The notes beneath the pieces were generated by a model. That model had not been told where the DNA came from. It saw only the letters and a program-made list of their open reading frames with translations, and made no database searches. A stretch of DNA of 64,000 nucleotides from Candidatus Latescibacterota bacterium (GTDB taxonomy: Bacteria; Latescibacterota; UBA2968; GCA-2709665): positions 2,720,001-2,784,000 of the forward strand of contig CBDDDZ010000005.1 of assembly GCA_965226795.1 (NCBI GenBank). The letters run 5' to 3'. The position numbers and the translations under genes are program-made. Below, in pieces: positions 1 through 9,512 of the stretch. Position 1 is the stretch's first letter, and every line of letters starts with the position of its first letter.

Positions 1-2002
1 CCTCCTGCCCATTCTGGAGGAATTTCCGCGCCCTGGGCGGAAGATCCGCAAAGGTCTTGGTGCCGTCGTTATTCACCCAGTCGTCGTGCGGCTGCTGGTA
101 GGCCCGAACGCTGTAGTAATAGAAAAATCCGGCATTGGAACTCGCGTCGGACCAGCCGTACATTCCCGCCCGGCCGGCCCGCCGCCCCTGGCTGGCCTGA
201 ATGGCCAAGCTCTCAGCCGAGATGTCGTCGTCTTCCGCGGCGGCCACGGGCCAATCCGCGCCGGCGTCGTACGTGACGCCCGCAGGCAGCGGTCCACCCA
301 CGGGCAGGTCGGCGACAAGGTTGAACGGCCCCGTCGCCGTCAGAGTCCCCCGAAGCCCGCGATAGATGCGGAACCCTGCGACGTCGGCAGCGTTGTAATC
401 GGGATGGATGGCGCCCTGGGCTTCGGCCGCCCAGAACAGCTTCACCTTCGCATTCTGGTCGCTCTTCGCGTAGACGTCGATGTCGGGAGGACCATCCGGG
501 ATATCAAAACCGCTCTGATAGGCGAATATCGCGTGCTCCAGATGCTCTACAATCGCCTGCTCGCCCTGCAGAAAGCTGGCCTTGTCCGCCGTGAGCGACC
601 ACTGCCAGATGTCCATGGGACTCTTACCCGGCCCGCCGTACTCTGCGCCGGAGCCGGCCACAAACGCCACAACGACCTTGGCCTTGTCGCCAGGTCCGAG
701 CGCCCAGGGACCGTACACCTGTGCGTTGGTGAAACCGCCGACATCGGTGGGGTTGTCCTGGGCGGACGTTGCGGTCAACTTGGCGAACGCCTCCGCAGGG
801 GTCTCTCCCTCGAGGACGGGCTCGTCGTAGTCGGCGGTGGTGCGTACGTTCCACCAGCCCTGGTAGACCGGCTGGTCCCCTTCGGGCTGCACGTACTGAC
901 CCGCGTCGTGCATATTGAATGCGTGCCTCGTGTCGGCCGGGTTGTCAGCGAAGGCGATCGGCGCCAAGCCCACGAAGGAATGCGAAGACAGTTTGCCGTC
1001 GGGGAAGGCCATCTCCTTCAGGTCGGAGGTTTCGATGTCCTTGATCCACGGGTCGCCGGTATCTTCCCAGGCCCTGAACGGGCTGTCGCCGTCGAACTGA
1101 TAGCTCAGCTTGAGCCCCTGCGCCCGAGCCGCGCTGATGGACACCGGGCCGCCGGGACCGCCGTCCACGTAGTTGCCGGCCTCGGTGTAGCGAAAGTGAT
1201 CGTCGAGAGATTGGTCCAACCACCGCCACCATCGGCCGCCGCCCTGGTTGTTGTCCGCCGTCTCGTTGATTTTCCAGGTGGCCACCAGCGGCAGGTACAC
1301 CTCGTTGTGGCGGGTGCTGCCGATATTTTCCAGCGTATATTCCACAATAACGAAATCGTCGAACATCTGGTGAGCCCAGTTGTGAACCTTCCGGGTTACC
1401 GTGATGTCGAACCTGTTGTTCCACTTGTTAATCAGAATCTCTTCGGCAAACGCATCGTCCGGCGTGTATTCTCCGGGCGAGAAGTTATGGATGAGTCTGG
1501 GCGGCGCGCTGGTGTCCATCTCATCCGGCACGTCCGCGCCCGGCCAGTAGTTGCTGGACGGCGAGAACGACCCGGAACGCCCCTGTTCCCACTCCGTTGC
1601 CGCGCCGAGACCCACCTCGGGCCCGCTGGACGGGTCGTACACCAGCGGTGTGATACCGACGCTCTTGCCCCTGGGACCGGTCCATGCCGCATCCACGCCG
1701 CCGGGCCCCACCACCATGATCCAAGTGCCGAAACCAACAGCGTTGCCGCCCCGGCGGGTATAGTTGGAACTGGCGTTGCTACTGGGGATATTGGCCCAGC
1801 CGGGATACCAGAACATATCCGGCTCTCCGGTCTGCCCGCTTCCCAGGTTCCAGCCGCCCATGGTTCCATCCGTGTTCCAGCTGACCTGGACGTGCCCCCG
1901 GCTGGTCGACAGCCTCGGGGTGTCGCTCTGGTCTACGGCCCAGGCGCCCACTGGCAGGAGCAAGCCGCAGACAAGCGCCATAAGCTTGATGCCTGGTTTC
2001 AT
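1..2002 (-). CDS. Large secreted hypothetical protein, partner of the TonB-dependent receptor (partial, runs off window start; FN3-like region near the window edge)
   Basis: Absent from the ORF track. ATG at 2002 (MKPGIKLMALVCGLLLPVGAWA, signal peptide); frame reads open down to position 2 (...YYSVRAYQQPHDDWVNNDGTKTFADLPPRARKFLQNGQE). Contains DDFVIVEYTLENIG, YGPWALGPGDKAKVVVAFVAG and VAGFRIYRG segments typical of FCB-group TBDR partner proteins. Confidence 0.85.
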   Translation of the reverse strand, partial: MKPGIKLMALVCGLLLPVGAWAVDQSDTPRLSTSRGHVQVSWNTDGTMGGWNLGSGQTGEPDMFWYPGWANIPSSNASSNYTRRGGNAVGFGTWIMVVGPGGVDAAWTGPRGKSVGITPLVYDPSSGPEVGLGAATEWEQGRSGSFSPSSNYWPGADVPDEMDTSAPPRLIHNFSPGEYTPDDAFAEEILINKWNNRFDITVTRKVHNWAHQMFDDFVIVEYTLENIGSTRHNEVYLPLVATWKINETADNNQGGGRWWRWLDQSLDDHFRYTEAGNYVDGGPGGPVSISAARAQGLKLSYQFDGDSPFRAWEDTGDPWIKDIETSDLKEMAFPDGKLSSHSFVGLAPIAFADNPADTRHAFNMHDAGQYVQPEGDQPVYQGWWNVRTTADYDEPVLEGETPAEAFAKLTATSAQDNPTDVGGFTNAQVYGPWALGPGDKAKVVVAFVAGSGAEYGGPGKSPMDIWQWSLTADKASFLQGEQAIVEHLEHAIFAYQSGFDIPDGPPDIDVYAKSDQNAKVKLFWAAEAQGAIHPDYNAADVAGFRIYRGLRGTLTATGPFNLVADLPVGGPLPAGVTYDAGADWPVAAAEDDDISAESLAIQASQGRRAGRAGMYGWSDASSNAGFFYYYSVRAYQQPHDDWVNNDGTKTFADLPPRARKFLQNGQE

Positions 2003-2027
2003 ACTTGCTTCTCCCTATTCTCTAAAG

Positions 2028-2053
2028 GGGGGCGGGAAAAAACGCCCGCCCCC
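2028..2053 (-). terminator. Intra-operon GC-rich stem-loop between the TBDR gene and its partner
   Basis: GGGGGCGGG/CCCGCCCCC 9-bp inverted repeat with 8-nt loop; only a short U tract (CTTT) on the minus strand, so possibly a stabiliser rather than a terminator. Confidence 0.5.
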
Positions 2054-2068
2054 GAATGGTTGCCATAC

Positions 2069-5000
2069 TCAAAAGTTGATTTTCAGACCCACGCCCAACT
2101 CGCGTGGCTTTCCGTAGTACCGGGTCAACTCGTTGTAGTCGCCGTACGTCAGGTAGTCCCCGTCGTTTGGCCTGGGGACGTTCAGACCCCACCGCACATA
2201 GTCAGGATACGAGCCGCCCACCGGGCTGTCCTGCTGGTTGAACAGGTTGAACACCTCGACGTAGAAAATCGCGTTCCGGTGCCCGCCTTCCACGAGCGTT
2301 TTCTCAACCTGCAGGTCGGTCCAGGTCCGGATAGGCCTGTGGCGCAACTCCGGCTGCTTGCCAGGCGGAGTGTACCACTGGGGCCTGCCGCTCTGGATAC
2401 GCCAGACCATATTCGCGCGCAGGCCGCCAACCGCGTGGAACTGGCGCAGCCCGGGACCGAAGTCCAAGGGCGTGTCCAGGTACAGCGAGAGGCTGGACTG
2501 GATACGAAGGTCGGAACTCTTCGGATTGAACAGCCGACCGCCTCCGTACGTGGGCTGCCATACGCCGTTCATATTGGCCGGCGCGTCGTAGGCCTTCTGG
2601 ATATCCATGAACTCAAAGACAACGGCCTGGTAGCTGTTGATCATGGCGTTGGAGCGGCCCCGCCAGTTCCTGGCCGCCCTTCCGGCGAATTCCAACCGCT
2701 CTTCCAGCGTGTAATCCTTGCGCACGTATTGCGAGCCGTTCCACTCCCAGTCGTGATACTGATCCGAGTTCATCACGTACGAGGAATCGGGGTAGAACAT
2801 CGTAGCGTTGGAACCCACGCGCGCGGAGGATGCCCAACCGAAGTTGATCGCCGCGTTGAACGAGAAGTAGTGGCTGAAGCCCTTACGCACGTGCAGCTCA
2901 AAGCCTCTCATGTCCTGGAAACCGCTGGGCTTGCGGCCCCAGACCCACGTTGTCCGCTGCGGCTCGTACCAGTACCGGCTTCCGGAGTTGATCTTGCCCA
3001 GGGCGCTCTTGTAGTAGGCCGCCATACCCGCCGTATAGTCAGCCACGAAGTTCCAGTCCGCGCCCGCTTCATAAGCCCGGGTACGGGTGAGGGAAACGTA
3101 GGGGTTCGCCATCCGGACCTGCCCGTGCAGACCCCGGAACGCATCCCAGGCCACGTTGGCGTCGGGGCCGTTGGCCCGCCACTGTTCGCGGAAGAACTCA
3201 AACAGGTCGGGCACTTTCGCATACAGACCCGCCGTAAAGTGGAAGGCGGACCGGTGCGTGATAGGATGGGAGATCCCGAAGCGCGGGCTGAACTGTGTTG
3301 CCCACTGCGGGTCGACCGTGGGCATATCCACGTGCTTGATCAGCCAGCGGTACTGCGGCGTCTGAAGCTGCGAAACATTGTAAAACTCGTGGTTCGTGTA
3401 AAGCGCGTCGAACCGGATGCCGGCGTTCATCACCATCCCCTCGAACTCCATCTTGTCCTGCAGATAGAATCCGATCTGGATCGGACTGATGGGGGCTTTC
3501 ACGTCGGGCAGATTGCCCGAGTTGGTAATGAAGTCCACGATCCGCTGGCTGGGGTTGGGTGCATTATAGTTCAGATAATAGATGCTGAACCGGGTCAGAT
3601 CCATACCCGCCTTGACGAAGTGGCCCTTGTTGACCTGTGAAGACACGTCCAGCTTGAGGTTCAGCCGGCTCCTGTCAGCAATGGTATAGTTCGCGACATA
3701 GTTGGGCTTCACGTTGAACCAACCGTCGAGGTCCTTTTCGCCGAATACCGTTAACGGGAACCCGAACTGATCTTTCGGCCAGTTGGTATGTTGCGTATCT
3801 TCGGCAGTGGTGTAGAGCGACACCCTGGCTTCGTAGAACGTCTTCGGGGATACCGTATGGGTCAGCGACGCATAGGTGACCAGGTCGGTAATTCTGCGCC
3901 CGCCCGCGCCGGACCCCTCGGGCAGGAAGATATTCTGACCGTTGGAACGCCTGTCGCGCTGGGTGTTCGTTCCAATATTGTAAATTTCCGCCACTGAGTA
4001 GATGTGCCCGATACTCACCTTCGCGTCGGCGCTCGGGCGGAACGTCAGCTTTGCATTTCCGCGGAAATCGAGCGGAGTACTCAGCGTGGGAAACCCGCCA
4101 GACATCACACTGTTGAGGCTGGTGGCGCCAAGGCTCGGGTCGAATGTGGCGGTGCGAGCGGAGGTGTTCATCACGTCGGTGGGCTGCCGGGTCCATCGGG
4201 CGCTGGCGAAGAAACTGGCCTGATCGCCCAGCGGGCCCGAAATGCCGCCCTCGATATAGGAACCCTTCACGTCGGTATAGTCCACGGTGTTGTGCGCCAG
4301 GCCCACCTCGTCGTCGGGTGTTCCCGGAACGCCATCCGCTCCGTCGCTCAGGCTCACCGTTTCCGCGCGCCACTCCCTGTTGTCCCATTTGAGCCTGTCA
4401 CGGTGATACGCGCTTTCGTAGAGATTGGCGCCCCAATGCTTCTGGCCCGGGGGCGTATAGCGGAAATCGCCCCAGCTACGAAAGTCGCGTCCGCCGTCTT
4501 TCGTAACGATCGAAATGGCGCCAGATTCCAGATTGCCGTATTCCGCGCTCGCGCCGCCCGAAATCACCGTGATTTCCTGCACCGCGGTCTTGGAGGGGCC
4601 GGTGAACTGCCGGCCGTACCCGTCGTTGTTCGGCAACGCCACGCCGTCCACCATCAGGATACCGTCCCTGGAGTCACCGCCGCGGATGACCGTGGCATTG
4701 GTCAGGTTCACGCCCGGATTCAGCGCGACCAGGTCCGTGATGGACCGTGCCATCGGCAGCGACTCAAGCTGCTCCGCGCTCATCACGTAATGACTGGTGG
4801 TCTTGTCGGGCTCGACCGGCGGACGCTCCGCGATAACCACGAGTTCCTCGGCTTCGAGCGCCGTCTCCCTCAACTGGAAATCGACGGTTGAGGTAAAGTC
4901 GGCCTGTATCCGAACGTCCGTCTGCGAAACCGCGTTGTAGCCCACCATCGACGCTACCAGGTTAATTTTTCCCGGGTCGACCGACAGGATCAGAAAGTAT

Positions 5001-5194
5001 CCGTCTGTGTCGGTCTGGGCGCCCTTGCGCGTACCCTCAATAACGATATTCACGCCCGGCAGCGGTTCGCCGGACGCGGCATCCATGACGCGGCCGGTCA
5101 GTTTACCGGTTGTACCCGCAAACGCGCCGGCGGTGAAACCCACCAGCACAAAGAGCGCGACCGGCAGAACCGTAAACGTTTTCCATCGACTCAT
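2069..5194 (-). CDS. TonB-dependent receptor with N-terminal carboxypeptidase-regulatory-like domain
   Basis: Signal peptide; GKLTGRVMDAASGEPLPGVNIVIEG N-domain; plug motifs IRGG and GGASAEYGN; SPRFGISHPIT; VFNLFNQ; C-terminal Phe (GVGLKINF); RBS AGGAGG. Confidence 0.95.
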   Translation of the reverse strand: MSRWKTFTVLPVALFVLVGFTAGAFAGTTGKLTGRVMDAASGEPLPGVNIVIEGTRKGAQTDTDGYFLILSVDPGKINLVASMVGYNAVSQTDVRIQADFTSTVDFQLRETALEAEELVVIAERPPVEPDKTTSHYVMSAEQLESLPMARSITDLVALNPGVNLTNATVIRGGDSRDGILMVDGVALPNNDGYGRQFTGPSKTAVQEITVISGGASAEYGNLESGAISIVTKDGGRDFRSWGDFRYTPPGQKHWGANLYESAYHRDRLKWDNREWRAETVSLSDGADGVPGTPDDEVGLAHNTVDYTDVKGSYIEGGISGPLGDQASFFASARWTRQPTDVMNTSARTATFDPSLGATSLNSVMSGGFPTLSTPLDFRGNAKLTFRPSADAKVSIGHIYSVAEIYNIGTNTQRDRRSNGQNIFLPEGSGAGGRRITDLVTYASLTHTVSPKTFYEARVSLYTTAEDTQHTNWPKDQFGFPLTVFGEKDLDGWFNVKPNYVANYTIADRSRLNLKLDVSSQVNKGHFVKAGMDLTRFSIYYLNYNAPNPSQRIVDFITNSGNLPDVKAPISPIQIGFYLQDKMEFEGMVMNAGIRFDALYTNHEFYNVSQLQTPQYRWLIKHVDMPTVDPQWATQFSPRFGISHPITHRSAFHFTAGLYAKVPDLFEFFREQWRANGPDANVAWDAFRGLHGQVRMANPYVSLTRTRAYEAGADWNFVADYTAGMAAYYKSALGKINSGSRYWYEPQRTTWVWGRKPSGFQDMRGFELHVRKGFSHYFSFNAAINFGWASSARVGSNATMFYPDSSYVMNSDQYHDWEWNGSQYVRKDYTLEERLEFAGRAARNWRGRSNAMINSYQAVVFEFMDIQKAYDAPANMNGVWQPTYGGGRLFNPKSSDLRIQSSLSLYLDTPLDFGPGLRQFHAVGGLRANMVWRIQSGRPQWYTPPGKQPELRHRPIRTWTDLQVEKTLVEGGHRNAIFYVEVFNLFNQQDSPVGGSYPDYVRWGLNVPRPNDGDYLTYGDYNELTRYYGKPRELGVGLKINF

Positions 5195-5224
5195 CTGAAA
5201 ACCTCCTTCGAGAAAATTCCGCGG

Positions 5225-5923
5225 CTATTTCCCGCTGAAGTAAAATTTAATACCGGCTCCGATGTCCAGCATTTGCAGCGGGAACGTCTCGGAAAGCTCC
5301 CAGTCTTCCAGGCCCCGAAGGTCTCCGATCATCATATGATAACGCGCCCGAAGGTCCACGGCCACGTTATCGATTATGAACGCCTCAACACCCAGACCGG
5401 CGTTAATCCCGAGGGCATACCGCTCGTCGGAGAACGGCTCCAGCTCGAGGACCAGACCCTCCGTCTGCCCCGGCCAGAGCAAGCCGCTTACTTCGTTCTT
5501 GTAGCGGTAGAAACCGCCACCCACCGTGATGTACGGGGCGAAACTGCTGCTTGCGAACGGCTTCCCGACCTGGCGAAGACGAACGAGCCCGTTCACCAGG
5601 AGACTGTTCAGGCTCATCGTGCTGCTCACATTCGGGCTGGTATGTTCCTTGCCGTCGGTCCAGGTGAACGTGCGGGTCAGCAGGCTCCCGTCGTTGAAAT
5701 TACCATGGTGAAACTCCATTTCCACCGTAACGTTCGACGCCGGCACGTAGGCCGCGTTCAACCCGAACTTGGAATCGTTTTCGTACCAGTCGCCCAGACC
5801 GAAAACCGGCACGTTGTAATTCGCAAACACGCCGACGCCCCAACTCCCTTCCTGGGCAACGGCAGGCCAGGTTGAAACCGTTAACACAAGAATCAACAGG
5901 CCAACAACCCTGAACACCTTCAT
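5225..5923 (-). CDS. Outer-membrane beta-barrel protein (OmpA-like 8-strand family)
   Basis: RBS AAGGAGG then ATG at 5923; signal peptide; PYITVGGG, GINAGLGVE and GAGIKFYF barrel strands. Confidence 0.85.
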   Translation of the reverse strand: MKVFRVVGLLILVLTVSTWPAVAQEGSWGVGVFANYNVPVFGLGDWYENDSKFGLNAAYVPASNVTVEMEFHHGNFNDGSLLTRTFTWTDGKEHTSPNVSSTMSLNSLLVNGLVRLRQVGKPFASSSFAPYITVGGGFYRYKNEVSGLLWPGQTEGLVLELEPFSDERYALGINAGLGVEAFIIDNVAVDLRARYHMMIGDLRGLEDWELSETFPLQMLDIGAGIKFYFSGK

Positions 5924-6037
5924 AAACACCTCCTTACATTGGACGATGACTTGACCCCGCCTCCCTGCACATCCTTAATGGTCTGCCCCAAAAAAAACTC
6001 TCGCAGCTTGCTCGATTTCCCACCCCCTTTCAACCAC

Positions 6038-6074
6038 AAAAAAGGGCGCACCTGCCAGCAAACCGGCAACGCCC
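6038..6074 (-). terminator. Intrinsic terminator-like hairpin in the leader of the OMP-TBDR operon
   Basis: Minus strand GGGCG-T-TGCCGG-TTTG-CTGGCA-GGTG-CGCCC followed by TTTTTT; the G-U pair forms only on the minus strand. Confidence 0.7.
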
Positions 6075-6202
6075 CCAAAAGGAACTTCTGTTTCAAGCGT
6101 ACGGAATTTATGATAACCGACTACGCGGTAGCAATTTAGCATACACCAACCATTTGAGCTTAGATATTGAATTCGCGAGCAATACAGCAGGTTAATCGAG
6201 AG

Positions 6203-6231
6203 AAGATATAGAACATTATCTCAATTGTCAA
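6203..6231 (-). promoter_or_regulatory. Sigma70-type promoter for the OMP-TBDR operon
   Basis: TTGACA (6231-6226), 17-nt spacer, TATCTT (6208-6203) in an AT-rich patch. Confidence 0.7.
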
Positions 6232-6328
6232 CCCTTTTTATCCAGCAATCTTCGTCGGCCAAGGATTCAAGCGGAACGCGCACAACGCTCCCCGCCCGTC
6301 CCCCTCAAGTTGCCGCCCGATTCTGGAG

Positions 6329-7231
6329 TCAACCGGATTGAGCGGATGTCTGACCCGGGCCGGCCGCCAGAACCTCCAGCACCGTTTCGCCGATGTCGGC
6401 CGGGCTTTTGCAGACCCGGATTCCCGCGCCTTCGAGGGCGGCGACCTTTTCTTCCGCCGTGCCCTGCCCGCCGGAAATGATGGCTCCGGCGTGACCCATG
6501 CGCCTGCCGGGAGGCGCCGTCTGGCCCGCGATAAACCCGACGACGGGCTTGTGGAAGGCATTCTTCACATATTCCGCCGCCTGTTCTTCCGCGGCGCCCC
6601 CGATTTCCCCGATCATGACAACGCATTCGGTGTCCGGATCCTGCTCGAATGCTCCGAGACAGTCGATAAAGCTGGTTCCGATAATGGGGTCTCCCCCGAT
6701 ACCCACGCACGTGGACTGGCCGAGGCCCAGGGCAGTCAGTTGCGCAACGGCCTCGTAGGTCAATGTTCCGCTCCGGGAAATGACGCCGACGTTCCCGCTT
6801 CGGTGAATCTCGGCAGGCATGATGCCGATTTTACATTTGCCGGGAGCGATGATTCCCGGACAGTTGGGACCGATGAGCCGGGTGGAACGCGAACTCAGGT
6901 AGTGTGTTACCTGTACCATGTCCTGGACCGGGATTCCCTCGCTGATGCAAACAACCAGGCCCAGGCCCGCATCTGCCGCTTCAATAATCGCGTCCGCCGA
7001 AAACGCCGCCGGAACAAACACGATCGAAGCGTCGGCGCCTGTGGCGTCGAGCGCGTCCGACACGGTATTGAAGACCGGTACCCCCTCGACGAGATGGCCG
7101 GCCTTGCCCGGCGTGACGCCGGCTACGATTCGGGTGCCGTAATCCAGCATCTGACGCGTGTGAAACGAGCCCTCGTTTCCGGTAATCGCCTGCACCACCA
7201 CGCGGGTTTCGCTATCGACAAAAATGCTCAT
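6329..7231 (-). CDS. sucD: Succinyl-CoA ligase alpha subunit
   Basis: [35 protein letters not shown] and RMGHAGAII (phospho-His) motifs. Confidence 0.98.
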   Translation of the reverse strand: MSIFVDSETRVVVQAITGNEGSFHTRQMLDYGTRIVAGVTPGKAGHLVEGVPVFNTVSDALDATGADASIVFVPAAFSADAIIEAADAGLGLVVCISEGIPVQDMVQVTHYLSSRSTRLIGPNCPGIIAPGKCKIGIMPAEIHRSGNVGVISRSGTLTYEAVAQLTALGLGQSTCVGIGGDPIIGTSFIDCLGAFEQDPDTECVVMIGEIGGAAEEQAAEYVKNAFHKPVVGFIAGQTAPPGRRMGHAGAIISGGQGTAEEKVAALEGAGIRVCKSPADIGETVLEVLAAGPGQTSAQSG

Positions 7232-7291
7232 TGAGTATCCCTTCTATTTACATCTCGCGTCCTGCTTCTTAATGCTTCTTTTGATTTGGTG

Positions 7292-7380
7292 AGACGGTAG
7301 ACGTAAGAGGTTAGAGGGCCGCACACGACCCCAACGGTCTCTCGCGCTTTGCCTTTTCTAACTTCTGACGTCTCGCGTCT
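7292..7380. repeat. Imperfect inverted repeat built from heptamer units between rpiA and sucD
   Basis: AGACGGT-AGACGTA-AGAGGTT-AGA versus reverse complement of the right arm AGACGCG-AGACGTC-AGAAGTT-AGA (about 24 nt, 4 mismatches). Confidence 0.6.
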
Positions 7381-7396
7381 TGCCTTCTTCCGGCGG

Positions 7397-8083
7397 CTAC
7401 AGCGGGCCAGGCCTGGTGCGTTCTTCGAGGGTACCGTCGGCTTTGCCGATGACGACGTGGTGGGCAAGGCCGGTAAAGAGTCCGGATTCAACGACGCCGC
7501 AAATCGCCGCAATACGCCGCTCAAGGTCGGCGGGGTCCTCGATGGCGCCGAAGGCGCAGTCCAGAATGTGGTTGCCATTGTCCGTAACGAAAGTCCGGCG
7601 TTCGAGGACACGGAGACTGGCGCGGCACCCCAGGGCTTCTATTTGCAACCGCACAAACTGCCAGCCGAAGGGCACCACTTCCACCGGCAGCGGGAATCCG
7701 CCGAGTCGATCCTTGAGTTTGGATTCGTCGGCAACGATAATCTCCCGGAGGCTGGCCGTGGCCACAAGTTTTTCACGAAGCAACGCCCCGCCACCGCCCT
7801 TTATGAGGTTGAAGGCGGGATCGATTTCGTCCGCGCCGTCGATAGCCAGGTCGATCCGGGTGGTATCGGCGAAATCGATAAGGGGAATACCTTCGCGTTC
7901 CGCCTGAATCCGGGACTGTTCGGACGTGGGAATACCACGTATCCGAAGGCCCACCCGAACACGCTCCCCCAGCTTTCGAATGGCAAAGAACGCGGTCGAT
8001 CCGGTCCCCAGACCAACGATCATCCCGTCTTCCACCAATTCGGCAGCGCGTTCACCTGCGAGCTTTTTAGGGTTGGCAACCAC
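7397..8083 (-). CDS. rpiA: Ribose-5-phosphate isomerase A
   Basis: GLGTGSTA, DGADEID, IKGGGGALLREK, LPVEVVPF and GVVESGLF; GTG start at 8083 after GAGGGG. Confidence 0.97.
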   Translation of the reverse strand: MVANPKKLAGERAAELVEDGMIVGLGTGSTAFFAIRKLGERVRVGLRIRGIPTSEQSRIQAEREGIPLIDFADTTRIDLAIDGADEIDPAFNLIKGGGGALLREKLVATASLREIIVADESKLKDRLGGFPLPVEVVPFGWQFVRLQIEALGCRASLRVLERRTFVTDNGNHILDCAFGAIEDPADLERRIAAICGVVESGLFTGLAHHVVIGKADGTLEERTRPGPL

Positions 8084-8340
8084 TGGTTTATATCCCCTCG
8101 TTACACGATCTTCCATTCTCTTCCGGCAGTTTTCCGGCTCTGATCCGAATCGCCCGAAATTTATGGATTGGCGTCCCGGAATGCAACGACAAATGAGAAT
8201 GACATCACTCCCGCTACGGCGGGCGTCCTTGGCCTGAGGGCCGAAATCAATTGACATTTTCGTTTGTATATATAATTATATTGATATGGTCTTGAAAGCG
8301 ATCATGCACATTACGGATGACATGCGAAGGGGGAGGACAC

Positions 8341-9186
8341 GTGGCGTACACGACGCTTGAGGATTTTTTCGGAGATATTATTGGAAAGGCCAGGCGCGGG
8401 CGGGGCCTTTCGGAAAGCGCGCTTTCGGACGCGGCGGGTCTGACTGCCGAGGCTGTCGGACGGATTGAAGCCTACGAACTCACGCCTGATGACGGCCGGA
8501 TTCGGGCCCTCGCCGACGCCCTGGACCTGGATGGGGATTTGCTGGTGGGGATTGCGAAGGGATGGGTGCCGGAGGGGGGGAACGCGCCTCACAACGACGA
8601 ACGACTGTCTGTTGAGCGAGCGATTCTGGACGTGGGTATGGTAGTGAACGCCTATGCGTTAAAGTGCAAGGCTTCAGGTGAAGGCGCGATTGTGGATGCG
8701 GGCGGCCAGGCGAAGCGGATTCTTGCGCTGGCGGAGCGAATGAGTCTGAAGGTGACCCACGTGCTGCTTACTCACGGGCACGGCGACCACGTGGGCGGGT
8801 TGGCCGAAATTGCGGAGGCAACCGGCGCCAGGGTGTGTTGTTGCGATCGTGACTTCGGGCTTCTTGGAAGTTTGAAGGGACTCGTGACCGACTTGGTGGA
8901 AGACGGCTGGCGTACGAACGTCGGGCGCATCGCCATCGATGCGGTGAGCCTACCGGGGCACACGGCGGGCGGAATCGGTTACGGCGGAGACGGGGTGTTC
9001 TTTTCGGGCGACGCACTTTTCGCTGGATCCATGGGCGGCGCGCTGGGTTCAGCTTATGCCGGTCAGATCACGGCGGTGATGAAAAAGGTCCTGTCCCGAG
9101 ATGAGAAAACCCGCGTTTTTCCGGGACACGGACCCATCACGTCGGTAGCCGAGGAACTGGCGCACAACCCGTTTTTTGCACGCTGA
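8341..9186 (+). CDS. XRE-type HTH fused to metallo-beta-lactamase-fold (glyoxalase II-like) hydrolase
   Basis: N-terminal KARRGRGLSESALSDAAGLTAEAVGRIE HTH; THGHGDH, PGHT, SGDALF and PGHG metal motifs; GTG after GGAGG. Confidence 0.88.
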   Translation: MAYTTLEDFFGDIIGKARRGRGLSESALSDAAGLTAEAVGRIEAYELTPDDGRIRALADALDLDGDLLVGIAKGWVPEGGNAPHNDERLSVERAILDVGMVVNAYALKCKASGEGAIVDAGGQAKRILALAERMSLKVTHVLLTHGHGDHVGGLAEIAEATGARVCCCDRDFGLLGSLKGLVTDLVEDGWRTNVGRIAIDAVSLPGHTAGGIGYGGDGVFFSGDALFAGSMGGALGSAYAGQITAVMKKVLSRDEKTRVFPGHGPITSVAEELAHNPFFAR

Positions 9187-9512
9187 GCCGCAGGGAGAAC
9201 CCCAATTGCGGCGCCATCAACAGGCAACGGACTGCCGTGTAAACCGGCCGCTCCTTCAATGGTGCGCATCACAGCCGACAACCCGGCGCCTCCGTTCCGG
9301 CGGAGAGCGCCTGGTGGAAACCGAAAGAACACGACAACGCATCGCCGGGCGCCGAAATCCAAAACGCCTCCGCTCGAGACAGATTGCGCGGCATGGCATA
9401 TCCCAATCGGTGGGCGTTCGCATGAATTGGACCGAAAAAAACGACGCTTGCGGTACAATTCCCACGCGATACGGAATCCGAAGGGTATGTTGACAAATTG
9501 AGGAGCTTGGAT

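Noticed and set aside
86..3640. 1184-aa + strand ORF in the track
   Set aside because: Antisense shadow of the TBDR and its partner gene; V/R/G-rich composition, no motifs, and the minus-strand frames carry clear family signatures.
6205..6225. Fur-box-like GATAATGTTCTATATC in the TBDR promoter spacer
   Set aside because: Only a half-site matches GATAATGATAATCATTATC; too weak in AT-rich DNA.
6338..8143. + strand ORFs of 298 aa and 264 aa
   Set aside because: Antisense to sucD and rpiA with no recognisable motifs.
8251..8282. Promoter TTGACA...TATAAT before the HTH-MBL gene
   Set aside because: Spacing is 14 nt; a promoter is likely here but the exact elements cannot be assigned.
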